NCBI RefSeq assembly: GCF_004010195.1
Contig: NC_057718.1
Location: forward strand, 39,041,143-39,105,142
DNA length: 64,000 bases
Reading direction: 5' to 3'
Source: Chiloscyllium plagiosum
Lineage: Eukaryota
Shown here one piece after another: positions 40,451 to 53,069 of this stretch. The translations under genes were made by a program, and so were the position numbers. Positions within the stretch are counted from its first letter, which is position 1, and every line of letters begins with the position of its first letter. The notes beneath the pieces were generated by a model. It was not told where the DNA came from. It saw nothing but the letters and a program-made list of their open reading frames with translations, and searched no databases.

Positions 40451-41901
40451 ACATTTTTCAGAATTAACCTATTATTGACCTATTGTTCTTAGACTGGGAG
40501 CAGTCAAATTATAACTTGCGTTTCTCCTTTCATAATTTAGAAAATATTGTCCCAAAAGCTGCATTGTGCCAATAAAATAAATTGTTTTCTTATTTGCGTT
40601 TCCTTGCAGAAGGCTATTGTCCTATCTTATAACATCTCTGCAACTTCCTTGAGAAGATTTGATAATGCCTCCTGTTTTGGTATTATCTACATATTATGTC
40701 ATCATTGTGTCCAAGGCCATATTCAGATTATTGACATACACAGTAAACAGAAGTGGTCCCAGAACTAAACCTTAAAGGAAAGCATTACGGACATCCAAAA
40801 TTTGGAAAAAAAATCTCCCATTCAGTTTAGGCATAATTTGTTTTGTCCGCCCTCTGACTGCGCACTTCTTAGTCTTTTCAAGTAGTCTTCCATGAAGTAT
40901 CATATCAAAGGCTTTCTTAAACCACTACATCCATAGAACTTCCCCTTTTAACTTGTTCTTTTTGCACAGAATTTTGTGAGGCTTATCAAGCACAGTCATT
41001 CCTTTTGAAAGTTGTGTAGGCTGCTTCTGAAAACTTTATCTAGATCTGTATATAATTTTGAGGTTTTATCATCAAAGTAACTGTGTGGCTAATAGTGCTA
41101 AATGGCTAATGGCTAAATTCAAATGTTACTGTCTGAGCGTCACTGTTAGCTTCACGGGAGTGGCTTTTGTTGTTTGTCAACCTTGAAATGGATCAGCTAT
41201 TGCTAAGTTATTGTACTTGCACAGCAGATACTAGCTGAAGTCACCACTGGAAGTTAAATCTTGTCACTACGAGATTTTAACAATATCAGAGCTGTTAATT
41301 ACTGACAATCAATTTGAATTGCGCAGTAAGCAATACAAATTTTGTGTCTTCAGGGATTAATTATTGGTGGAGACTTTTATAATGACAAATATGATTTTTG
41401 AAAGATGTTTTTTCTTTCTCTTAATACAGCCTTCATTTATCTCGGAATGTCTCTTTTTGTAGTTGTAGAAGTTCCTGCCTTTTACGAAACCCCCTACTTA
41501 TATTTCTTTTGATCCTTCAATTACAACAGAACAGATTGATTTGCCGGAAGGTTTGTTACACTTCATGGGGTAATTTTATTTGTACCCACAATTATCAGGT
41601 TTAACATGGGTACGGATTTGAAAAGGTGACAGGAAAATTGTCTTGGTTACAGATTAGTGTTACAGATTTAACAGTTTGAAACAAAAAGAAGAGAAAAGAA
41701 AGTAATACAGCCCCTGCTTTGTTGCTTTACTCCCAGCAAATCAACTCTTCGCTGATTTTCAGCACCTGAATGCTCAAATATATTACTTCCAGAAAGTAAA
41801 CCTATGTCCAACTCAAATATGCTATTAACTGTGGTCATACAATTACCAGTTAGTGGCTGGCACTTGTGATTGTAGATTATTGTTCTGATGGTAAGTTGGA
41901 C

Positions 41902-41934
<33 letters not shown>

Positions 41935-41943
41935 GTTTCTCTC
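41902..41943. repeat. (TCTG)n/(CT)n microsatellite
   Basis: Direct reading. Confidence 0.9.
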
Positions 41944-42679
41944 AATCTGCTTCTGCAAATTAGCAAGGTCTACTTCCTTTGACTGCAGTGCAGGTATCCA
42001 ATGTGTTCAAAGATTCAATAGGGTAGGGGAATATGTCTGGATGGATTACTCTTTAGAGGGTCGGTGTGGACTTGTTGGGCCAAAGGGCCTGTTTCCACAT
42101 TGTAGGGATACTATTCTGTTCTATTCAAACCCTTTTTCAGGCAGTGGGGTTAGTTTATTACATTGATGAGTCACACTGTCCTATAGAGCTTTTTTTAAAG
42201 ATACAAAGTCCAATTATATTCAGTTGTTTTTGTTTAAGCCATTATTTGCAACCACATAGACATCTAAATTTCCTTTCCTTTCCCCAGAATCTTTCCATTA
42301 TATGAAGCCCCTAAAAGTCAGTTTTCCAGATAAAGATATTTTTGCTTTGCTGGAACACTACACTTCTATTGTGCATGACTCTTTGTTACTAAGGCATTGC
42401 TACTTCTGGATGGTTTGTTTTTTTGATAACATTTGATTTTGTCTTTGACTTGGCAAAGCTTAGTTCAGACAGTTTATGTTTTCTTCTATTATTTTCCAAA
42501 AAGTTGATTATATCTTTAAAATTCGGATAAGGTTCTTTTTGAGTACTTGTGATTTTAAACTGTGCTTTAATCGTGGAATCCTATGTGCTTTAATATCAGA
42601 GACAGAAGTGTTTGCAATTAGTTTAAAAGTAATTTCCAATTCTTTGATTCTCAAATGTTTTGTCTCAGAAGATAACATA

Positions 42680-44065
42680 ACAGGTGAGGTGCTGGAAGAT
42701 TGGAGGTTGGCTAACATGGTGCCACTATTTAAGAAAGGTGGTAAGGACAATCCAGGGAACTATAAACTGGTGAGCCTGACGTCAGTGGTGGGCACATTGT
42801 TGGAGGGAATCCTGAGGGCCAGGATGTACATATGTTTGGAAAGGCAAGGATTGATAAGGAGAAGTCAACATGGCCATGTGTGTGGGAAATCATGTCTCAC
42901 AAACTTGATTGAGTTTTGTGAAGAAGTAACGAAGAGGATTGATGAGGGCAGAGCATAGATGTGATCTAAATGGACTTCAGTAAGGCGTTCGACAAGATTC
43001 CCCAGGGAGACTGGTTAGCAAGGTTAGATCTCATGGAATACAGGGAGAACTAGCCATTTGGATACAGAAGTGGCTCAAAGGTAGAAGGCAGAGAGTGGTG
43101 GTACAGGGTTGTTTTGAAGATTGGAGGCCTGTGACCAGTGGAGTGCCAACAAGGATTGGTGCTGGGTCCACTACTTTTCATCATTTATATAAATGATTTG
43201 GATGTGAGCATAGGAGGTATAGTTAGTAAGTTTGCAGATGACACCAAAATTGGAGGTGTAGTGGACAACGAAGAAGGTTGCCTCAGATTGCAATGGGATC
43301 TTGATCAGATGGGCCAATGGAGGAGGCGTGGCTGATGGAGTTTAATTTAGATAAATGTGAGGTGCTGCACTTTGGGGAAAACAAACCTTAGTAGGACTTA
43401 TACATTTAATGGTAAGGTCCCATGGAGTATTAGTGAGCAAAGAAACATTGGAGTGCAGGTTCATAGCTCCTTGAAAGTAGAGTCGCAGGTAGATAGGATA
43501 GTGAAGAAGGCGTTTGGTATGTTTTCCTTTATTGGTCAGAGTATTGAGTACAGGAGTTGGGAGGTCATGTTGCAGCTGGACAGGACATTGGTTAGGCCAC
43601 TTTTAGACTATTGCGTGCAATTCTGGTATGCTTCCTGTTGGAAGGATAGTGTGAAACTTGAAAGGGTTCAGAAAAGATTTACAAGGACGTTGCCAGGGTT
43701 GGAGGATTTGAGCTATAGGGAGAAGCTGTTTTCCTGGAGTGTCGGAGGCTGAGGGGGTGACCTTATAGAGGTTTATAAAATATATGGTGCATGGATAGAA
43801 GGAAAGATATAAAAGAGACCTAAGGGGCAACTTTTTCATGCAGAGGGTGGTACGTGCATGGAATGAGCTGCCAGAGGAAGTGGTGGAGGCTGGTACAATT
43901 GAAACATTTAAAAGGCATCTGGATGGGTAAATGAATAGGAAGGGTTTGGAGGGATATGGGAGGTGCTGGCAAGTGGGACTAAATTAGGTTGGGATATCTG
44001 GTCGGTATGGATGATTTGGACCGAAGGGTCTGTTTCCATGTTGTACATCTCTATAACTCTGTGAC
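42680..44065 (+). mobile_element. Relatively young 5'-truncated CR1 (HER1-like) LINE: RT pseudogene plus 3' tail
   Basis: EDWRLANMVPLFKKGGKDNPGNY.LVSLTSVVG, SCLTNLIEF, QGLVLGPLLFIIYINDLD, KFADDTKIGG, LERVQKRFTR; stops and frameshifts; ctctataactctgtgac tail. Confidence 0.96.
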
Positions 44066-44174
44066 CTGAATGGAGAGGGCAAAGTCTTTAGCCCAAATTG
44101 TTTCCATGTCGTACTTTAATTCTCAAAAGAGTTAATAGCAACAGAAACTGAAGTCAAGCTGTCTGAATAAAATC

Positions 44175-44900
44175 ACAAGCAAGAGATGTCAAAATAGACC
44201 GCAGAAGCACTGAAAACTGTTGACAAAAGAAAAAATGGATTTTTAAGATGAACAGTGTGAGTTTTTGACTTTTTTGGAGACATCTCTTGTGAAATAGTAA
44301 TTTTTGCAGCATTTTCTAAAACAGTCCTGGATTTTTCTTCTACACTTTTAACTCCCACAGTTTCATGGGACTTGATTAATGTCACTGGAGACAGAAATGC
44401 TTTATCTCCTGCAAGACCATTTCCTCGTGTAAAATCATCAGAATGAATACACAACTTCAACACAATTTCCACAGCTGTAATATCAGAAATTAAATCATGT
44501 TTTAATTTCACTTTTTGTAATGGAATGATTAATTAGCCTTCATTAATGCCCATAATACATTCTTAACTAGTGTTCCATCTAGAAGAAGTTTCCTTTCATC
44601 TATTACTGCCAGCAATTCTTTTGACCCTGTATCTCGAAGAATTATTTTGTTTGCTTGCTTTCCTGACACAGTTGTAATAATTGTATGTGTTCTGGTCTTT
44701 TCCAAATGGGGCATCATTTTTACATTATTTCATTAGTATTACTTCTCTGAGATTTTCAAAATCTTGCACAATCTTCTATACTACCTATTAAATATTTCCT
44801 TTCCTCTAATTTTCACAAAAATCTAATTCTGTATAGCTATGTCTTTCATTTTTGCAATTTGTCCCTCAGTTAGAACTCAAATGTTCAAAGTCCATCTCTG
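44175..44900 (-). mobile_element. Decayed Gypsy (Gmr1-like) internal fragment: SCAN-like gag plus aspartic protease
   Basis: FENLREVILMK*CKNDAP (44701-44760), ILRDTGS protease motif, KLKHDLISD..GNGLAGDKAFLSPV (cf. LLGNDLAG). Confidence 0.75.
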
Positions 44901-45044
44901 CTGACTTGCATTTTAGTGCAGACACAAAACCAAGCAGCTGTCACGTTTATTATCAGTGATCAGTCAGTCAAGGGAGTGGACGTGTTGCTGTATGTCATTG
45001 TGCTTTATCAGTCTCACACCTGCACTATCCATCTCCCACTCATG

Positions 45045-45375
45045 CTTCACAGAGCCAGAGTTCCGGGTTTGAATCCAACTTCGGACAACTGTCTGTGTGG
45101 AATTTTGTACGTTCTACCTTTGTCTGTGTGGGTTTTTTCGGAGTGTTCTGGTTTCCTCCCACAGTCCAAAAATGTGCAGGCTAGGTAGATTGGCCCTGAA
45201 AAATTGTCTGGTATATGTAGGTAGGGATGTGCAGGCTATTTGGATTAGCCATGGTAAATGGGCGGGGTTTAAGGGGATAGGTAGGGATCTGGGTCTCGAT
45301 GGGGTGCTCTTTGGAGGGCCGGTGCCGACCTGGTGGGACAAATGGCCTCTAGCTGCACTGTAGGGTTTCTATGAC
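45045..45375 (+). mobile_element. HE1-like V-SINE (diverged)
   Basis: V-domain ggtttcctcccacagtccaaaaatgtgcagg; tail gcactgtagggtttctatga. Confidence 0.88.
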
Positions 45376-46661
45376 TGAGTGGCCATGTTTCAAAGTCTAA
45401 TTGATGTAGTCCTCTATCAAGTCAAGGAGAATTGTCATCTGTCAAGAGGTCACAAACACAGTATGTCAAAAACAGCCTTCCGTATCAATCCAGGGGCCTG
45501 GCCAGCCCGATGGGCGGGTCAGGGTTAGGGGTCAGTATTTCTGCAGTCCAGGGTGTGGTCCATGGTCAGCCCTTTAGGTCCTGTGCAAAGTCTTAGGAGT
45601 CACAGGTAGTCAGTCAGGGGTATGGTCACTTATCATTTGGGGCTGTCTGCCTAAGTGGGTCAAGAGTGTAAGTCAATGTGTCCACTCAGTGTTATCAGGC
45701 CACTGCTGTCACAGGAAAGCTGGTGAACTCAATTGTGGCAATTGGAGTTAGCTCGCAGGGATAATCAGAGGATAACGATTCTGAAGGAATCAACTCAGTA
45801 TGTTGGGAGGTGTTGGAATACTGGAGGAAAAGGGTTGTGTGGGAGGAGTGGCTATTGATTGTCAACAATACTCTGGCTTTGATGGGGCAGATGGTAAGCT
45901 CCTGTATTCATCTTATTTGCTCAATGTTGGGGCTGGGGAAGGGTTAAAGTAGGGCGATTAAGATTCAGAATGGCAGAAATCTAGATTGAATGAATGGGAA
46001 TGTAGGGGTATTCTATGCCCATTGGGTTAATGAGGAGGGCTGCAAAGAAGAGAATGTGTACATTTGGGGACTCATAAAAGGTAGGACACTGAGCCTGAGA
46101 CTCACTGTGTCGGGAGCAACCACTGTTTCCTTCCTCTGTACTGTAAATAACAAGTGCACGATGAGGCAACCAGTGAAATTGGCTGCAACCAGAGTGAGTA
46201 TGATATATGTTTTGTTGTGTAAGGAGTTGTGGATGCACTTCACCTTTGAGTGATGTGAGGCCCTTCACAGAGCAATTATATTACATAGGCACCCATACAG
46301 TACAGGTGGAAGACACTTATAAGCTGTACATGCTATCTGAACCTTAGATACTAATTTACTGTGTGGACTAGAAATCCTCTCCCCAATCACTGTTGGCAAG
46401 CAGCACCAGGAATCAGTGTTACCAGTGGTTACGCTGATCAAGCTATGCTTTGCAGCTTAGAAACCTTCACTCTATTTGGCAAAGTTGTAAGCACCTTCCA
46501 AATTCCCATAACATACTCATGGTACAGGACCATAAAATAGTGCATAACACTAAGGATGGCTAGGTTCAGCACCTTCAATATTGTAATTGCAGCTATACAG
46601 ACATTTGGGATGGAAGTTCTGGGATTTACATATTAACCTATATGAAATCTGCAATCCATTC

Positions 46662-46896
46662 TAAAAGATGAAAGACTTAACAGCAATCAAGGTTTATTCA
46701 ATATATCGTTTCAGTTGCATGACACTGTACTCTTTTGCTATAAATTCTGTGTCTCATGATCCTGCTCCAAAGCTACCTGATGAAGGAGCAGTGCTCCTAT
46801 AGCTAGTACTTCCAAATAAATGTGTTGGACTATAACCTGGTGTTGTGTGATTTTATAACTTTGTCCACCCCAGTCCAACACTGGCGCTTCCACATC
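46662..46896 (+). mobile_element. PLE 3' end (family of 39831-40450)
   Basis: Colinear with 40214-40449; ctgatgaaggagcagtgctcc at 46777-46797 with GAAA mutated to tata. Confidence 0.88.
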
Positions 46897-47617
46897 TTTG
46901 AAATTCAAGTTCAATTTTTCACATCTTTTTTTTTCCCTCCTTTTCCTCTCTTTCTAATTCAAAGTTTTCCATTTCTTCTTCTTCAAGTCTCTGCTTTTCG
47001 GATTCCGATGTTTGATTTGTAACTAAATTCTAGCTAACTCAACATATATTTTATGTAGATTATACTTTTTGTCCCTGATGTTTAGGTCTTGAGCCAATAT
47101 CTCAACAGACTTTGCCTCCTACGTCTAAATCTATTCTAGTTTTTCCTCCACTATCTTTAAATCAACCTTTTGTTAATTGTTGCAAGTCATTCACAGCCAG
47201 GTCATCTGTTCTGAGAAGCACTTGAGCAATAGAAGTAGTCATGTTAACCTTTCAATAAATATTTCAGAAATAACTGTGTAATCTTGTTCATTCAAGCTCT
47301 GGTAAATTCCAGTGTGCTTACTTTCAGCCTTTGGATTCATACCCAGCAAGAGCCCACAGTTCAGTATGATCTGTCTAGGCATCAATAACTCTAAAGATAT
47401 ATTTGAGCTTCTGAGGTCCTGTCATGCAATTTCTTTAAGACATTAACTGTAACAAGCAAAATGAAAGCAACACCAACTAAACCTTACTTAGTAGACAACA
47501 TACTCTAAACCACAAAGAACATAGCGCTTTTGAATGTCTGAATGCAATTGATAATCCCATGCTGCATGTATACTTTACAACATGTTTTCCACCGAATACA
47601 GTCATTTAGGAAATAAT

Positions 47618-48315
47618 CTAGAATTAGATTCTATTGTCACATGTACTGAAGTACAGGAGTACAGTGAAAAGTGTACTATGTCACCATTCCTGGTACTACC
47701 TTAGGAACAAAAGTACCTAGATACAAAATCTTAGGTACAAAGTTGAAAAATAATGAAATAAAGTTAAACATTATAGTCCTTCTTTATTTTTCCACTTAAT
47801 ACTAAATAAAGTTAAAAGTTCAGTAGTCTTTCTTAGGTGTTTAGCCATGCTGGGCTCGAGCTCCCTATAAGGGTTTGGTCTTCTTCACTTTGGCCCACTC
47901 TCCAGGAGACCTCAAGCTGCCTGCTTTCGCCGCCACCACAGATGCCAAGAGACCTCCCTCACTGCTGCATTGGGCTCAATCAAAGCCCCGGTCCAAGCCC
48001 CCAGCCGCTGCCATGCACCAGACCTCGAGCCGATCAACAAGGTCATGATTCAGGTCCCCAGCCGTTGCCATACTCCTGACTGCAACAAGGTGCAATGCTG
48101 CTGACCACCAAAGTCCCTGCTCTGGGCCCTGAGCTGTTGCCACACTCCAGACCTGACAAAGCTGCGATACCATTGTCAAAGCTGCCTCCACAACTGAGCT
48201 CTCTCCAGAAGGTAAGTAAGTAGAAAAAAACATTTAAGAAAAGAAGAAAAAAGGCAAAAAAAAAAGAGAAAAAGCAGTGTATGGAGTGGATGAACCTACT
48301 CCGCTACAACCATCT
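47618..48315 (-). mobile_element. REX1/Babar-like non-autonomous LINE derivative
   Basis: Minus-strand 3' end cttttcactgtac..cagtacatgtgacaatagaat and 5' end agatggttgtagcggagtagg; GC-rich body. Confidence 0.5.
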
Positions 48316-50003
48316 CAATAAATCACTCCAAGCTTCTAATGGATCACTGCTCATTGTTTCATTGAGTTAGAACATACAGCAGCCATTAAAGGCCTCAGAC
48401 TACTTCATCTGTCTGAGTATTTCCAAAATAACTTTCTGCAGTAAGACCAACTTTGGTGATGTAATTTCTCCACCTCACTCAGATATATCTTGCAGTTTCT
48501 TAAATTGTTGCAGGTTCCTTCTCTTTGACCAGTAGACAAGCCTCCCTTCTGTTAAGCAACTAAAAGAGATAAAAACCATTTCCTTCCTTCAGACAGCAAG
48601 AGCTGCTGTTCTGTATCTGCCAGTCTCTCGCTCTTTGTGTTCCTGTTTAAAATCCTGGGACTGGAAGTCTGCAATATCAAGGACATCTGCCTCTGTTACT
48701 GTTTCCAGATATTAAATCACAACTGTGTCTTTCAGTAACGTATAGCCTTGACCCATAATGGCCTCTAAGCCATGCAGGTAGGTTATTGTGCAGAACCTTG
48801 TAGCATATCCCATTTCTCTTCACTGCTATATCTTGCAAAGTTGAAAAGGAAAAAAGAACCTTGTACTATAGCAATGAGGCAAATGGCCTTACAGTACTAC
48901 TTGTGGCTCAGTTTTGTCTTTCTTTCAAGTTGTTAGAACTATGTGCATGATCTAGAGTGTCTGGTAGAGCTCCGGGGTTACGTCAAGACTGCCAAGGCTG
49001 ATCAGTGCCCAACTGGAAAGATCAGGTACAGCGTCCCGACGCAAGAAGTTATTCTGCAAACCCTTGTGATTTGTTTGATTGTTCTCCCATCTCTACGGTC
49101 TCTATCCCTGCAAACTCCCCCAGTAGGTCCCCTGTGTGATCACATTGCACCATCCATCTTAATTCCCTTAGCCATAACCTCGACACCTCCCAATATTCAC
49201 CGTTGCAATTCTTACATTCAATCCAACCCTGACTTCTTTCCTACACCGACAACCACGCTTTCTACAGCCTCGATCCTGTGATCATGATTTCTCCCTAAAT
49301 ACATCTGTTCTTCTGTTTTTTTGGGGCTATAGCACCACCTGCAAGGTGAAAAGCATGTGGGAACAACCTTTCTCACTTTATTGTAAGGCATATACCACAG
49401 GTCTAGGCCTTACTCCTTCCCTTCCTTGCAAAAGTTCAATTATCCTAAGGTAAAATGAGAGGGCAGAGACCTGAAATTATGGATGACTGCTCTCATTCCA
49501 ACCACCAACCCTCCAACTGCACCTGCAACCTAAACATTTCCCAGAGACAACAAAGTTGAAATTCCATGCCGTGTTGACTTTATGACCATAATGATTTCAC
49601 TGCACAATAAACTTATTTTAAAGTCACCCTAAAGCCAACTGAAAGAAGTGCATTTATCTACATAACCAACCATTTCCCTGCTGAATGAACTGAGTTTAAG
49701 TAGTGGATTTTAAAAGCTTAATACAGTTAGCTATTTCTGTGACTTTATTTTATTTAGTTTTTGGTTATTTAGTTTTATTCATAGAGTATTTTTAAAGTTT
49801 ATTTTATAATCTTTAGTTTTGCCTATTCCTAACTGTATAATTAAAAAACATGGAATTTGGTGGAATAGAGTTTAACCATTTGCCTTGCCACTGTTTCAAA
49901 CTTGTATTCTCAAACTTGAACCATAATATCATCCTGAAATCAGAAATACAGATTTTTGCAGTTCAACATCTTGGCCTCTTGTCTGAAGCAAAGTAAAATG
50001 AAA

Positions 50004-50299
50004 GATTAGATTAGATTTCCTTCGGTCCAACAAGTCCACACCGACCCTCCAAAGGGTAACCTACCCAGACCCATTACCCCTGACTAATGCATTTAACACT
50101 ATGGGCAATTTAGCATGGCCAATTCACCTGGCCTGCACATCTTTGGATTGTGCAAGGAAACCAGAGCACCCGGAGGAAACCCACGCAGACTCAGGGAGAA
50201 TGTGCAAAATCCTCACAGAAGTCACCTGAGGCTGGAATCGAACCCAGGTCCCTGGCACTGTGAGGTAGCAGCGCTAACCACTGAGCCACCGTGCTGCCC
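50004..50299 (-). mobile_element. HE1-like V-SINE
   Basis: agatt tail, V-domain, head gctaaccactgagccaccgtgctgccc. Confidence 0.92.
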
Positions 50300-51024
50300 A
50301 AGGATGTAATTATATGGTAGAGGATACAATTGAATTAAAAAAAACTAATAACAGATGTTGGGCAAAATAGGAGCTGCTATGTAAGGATGAATATTAAGAG
50401 CATAATGGTTGACCAGATATACCATGTACATAACTTTGTACTGATGTTTAGGCAGCCATAGCATATTAATTGAAGTATATCCATTAATTTTGCATCCAGA
50501 AGCCTGTTCTGACACATCTACGAGACAAGCCACTAGTTTTAATATGAAATGTTGTCAAAAGTATTCAAAATCCTAGTGTGCAAGCAACATGACCAGCCTG
50601 GAAACATGGTTAGTAAATGCTTGTTGATCCCTTCATTGATGGCAATGAATTCTGAATTATTGGTGATGCAATTCAACTGTTCAGGTTACCTTTATTTCCT
50701 CATCTTCAGAATGCGGTTAAAATGCATACTTTGCTTCTGTGCAGGAGTGAGAAACTTTGAAGCAGAAGAGAGAATGATGGAAGAGAAGTTAGAGATAACA
50801 AAAGAGGCAGTAAGAGTGAAACAAATGAAGAGAGGAGAGGGTTGGCCTTAGGTTAATTCAGACTTGAACAGCTTCAACATCCAACTAAACTCTGAGCTTC
50901 CAAACTGACATACTCTCTATCACAAAACCTGTTTGCTTTCACTTCCATTACTTTGAATGACTTTGCTCCTGCTTTACTCCATTCATACATATGTCACTTT
51001 TAGACTCAACAGGCATAATTTTAA

Positions 51025-51560
51025 TGTAAAACAGGAAGTGCTGGAGAAATTCAGCTGGTCTGCAAATGTCTAAAGAAAGAGAAATAGAGTTATCATTTCA
51101 GTTCTTTGGGCAGGAAATGTAATGGTTTTTCTGCTAATAAAGGAGGGGGAGGAGCGAATAGAACAGTAAAATGTAAAGTGAATGGTACTGGTAGTAAAGG
51201 AGAATTATAAATGAAGTATCTGTGTTAATGGTGGGTGTTAATATCAGAAAATAAGTCAGTTCCATTATGAACAAATCCATGGAAACAAGGCATTATGGAG
51301 GGCAGTAGAAAATGGAGGACAGTTCTCATGCTGTGAACACCCTGAACGCAGTGTTGAATCCTGAAGGCTTAATGTGCCTGTGGGGAATGAAGTGCTATTT
51401 CTTCAGCTTACATTTGGCTTCACTGCAACACAGTTAACAGACATAAGACAGAGCTGTTAATATGAGAGCCAACTGATGTATTGAAATGTCAAGTTACTGT
51501 AAGGTTGGGGTCATTCTTGCAGACAGAGTTGAGATGTTTCCAGCATCTCTAGTCAAGCCT
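51025..51560 (-). mobile_element. Old PLE 3' fragment
   Basis: gtgctggagaaattcagctggtctg terminus; ttcttcagcttacatttggcttcactg is the reverse of the 2690-2725 type. Confidence 0.55.
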
Positions 51561-51699
51561 ATCTAAACAGGGCAATTAAAATCGAACTCCGATTGTATTA
51601 AAAGTCACTTTACTATAGGTTCGATATTCTTTCAGTTTATTTGGTTCCAGTAGGAACTACAATGAAAGTATCAATTCAGTTATTAAATGTAATCCTTAT

Positions 51700-52916
51700 A
51701 GTGTGACGAGTGTTCATAATATGTTGTTATTGTTTGGGGGCTTGGGTTCTAAAGTGGAAGAATAATGAATAGCTTTAAATTGAAATTATATTTTTATTTG
51801 TTAATATTAAGAAGAGTTTTTAGTTTAATTTTAGATTTGCTCTGAGAGTGGTGTGGAGAGTCTGGAGCTTTGTTTTGTTTACATGTTTAATTGAAGTCTT
51901 TTAAACCACAGGGGTAAATAATCCAGTACATCACAAAAAAGGCAAAAGAGGAAAAAAACTTACGTTGCCTTGCGAAAGGAGCCCAGTTAGACAGAAAGTC
52001 AGAGCCATACAGAAGAAACAGCATGCAACTGCATTCAGAGAGGAAAGGACTGTTAGTTTAACAGTCTCCAAAGCAGTCAGGGCAGAGGAAGTCCTGAGTG
52101 CCTTAGAAATCAACAAGAGGAAAGATCCAGAAGGTTTTTGTGATGTCAGAAAGGAAGGTTGTTGAAGACAAGAATGGCCGTTGAAGAGATGTTTTTAAGG
52201 AAAACATGTTAGGAGTTAGCTTATTAAGGATCTTCAGAAGAGTTATTAATTAAAGAAAATAGCTTTGAATGATTGGAGAAATTTGCTGAACAAAAACTGA
52301 TTTCTGTTATTATTCACTGGATGTGGATGTTGCTGGTCAACCACATTGCTTTGGAGCTGGAGTCACATGTAGGCCAGACCAGATAAGGATAGCAGTTTCT
52401 TTCCCTAAAGGACATAAGATAACCCCATCTGGTTCACTAAATATCAATAAAGGATTCATGTTCATTATTAGTCTCTTAATTCTAGATTTTTTTTCTATTG
52501 AATTCAATTTGCAACATCGGCCATGGTAAGATTCAAACACTGGTCCCCAGGACATTACCTGAGTCTTGGGATTGAGAGGTTAAGATCAACTAGGCGAAAG
52601 TGAGGAATGCAGATGCTGGAGATTTAGAGTTGAGAGTGTGGTGCTGGAAAAGCACAGCAGGTCAGGCAGCTTCGGAGGGAGATACGATGGGGGAGGGGAA
52701 CAGTTTCCTCATTTCAGTCAAGTTTCCAACTCGTTATTCTAAATTCTGGGTTTTTTTGTGTTCCATTTGGTGATGTGTAAATAAATTGTTTTACTTGAAT
52801 CCAACTGTATCACTTCTGGGATATCACTCCTTACATTTGCCTAAAATAACTAGAAAAGTTAGGGTCGGGGTTATCTTCCTAAAATATGTTGAGGGGGTTT
52901 GGCCTGGTCCATAACA
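51700..52916 (+). mobile_element. Probable solo LTR carrying SINE (52310-52580) and PLE (52590-52700) insertions
   Basis: Ends ggtccataaca; aataaa near 52780; 5' boundary and TSD not resolved. Confidence 0.4.
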
Positions 52917-53069
52917 CCCTCCACTGAGGTTTGAGTGTCTATAAAGTTGTTATTAGGGGTAAAAGAATTTAGTCTGGCTTTTTAATATTTTTATTGCATT
53001 TGTTTCAAATAGATTTTTTTAAAGTGCGGCAAGTTTGTGTTTTCTTTTTGTATAATAAACTTTTACATT

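Noticed and set aside
42476..42958. Longest ORF (160 aa) as a host gene
   Set aside because: Chance read-through from AT-rich flank into CR1 RT at ~42680; it ends at a premature stop within RT
45400..46300. Harbinger transposase remnant
   Set aside because: Only vague resemblance; no DDE motifs recoverable
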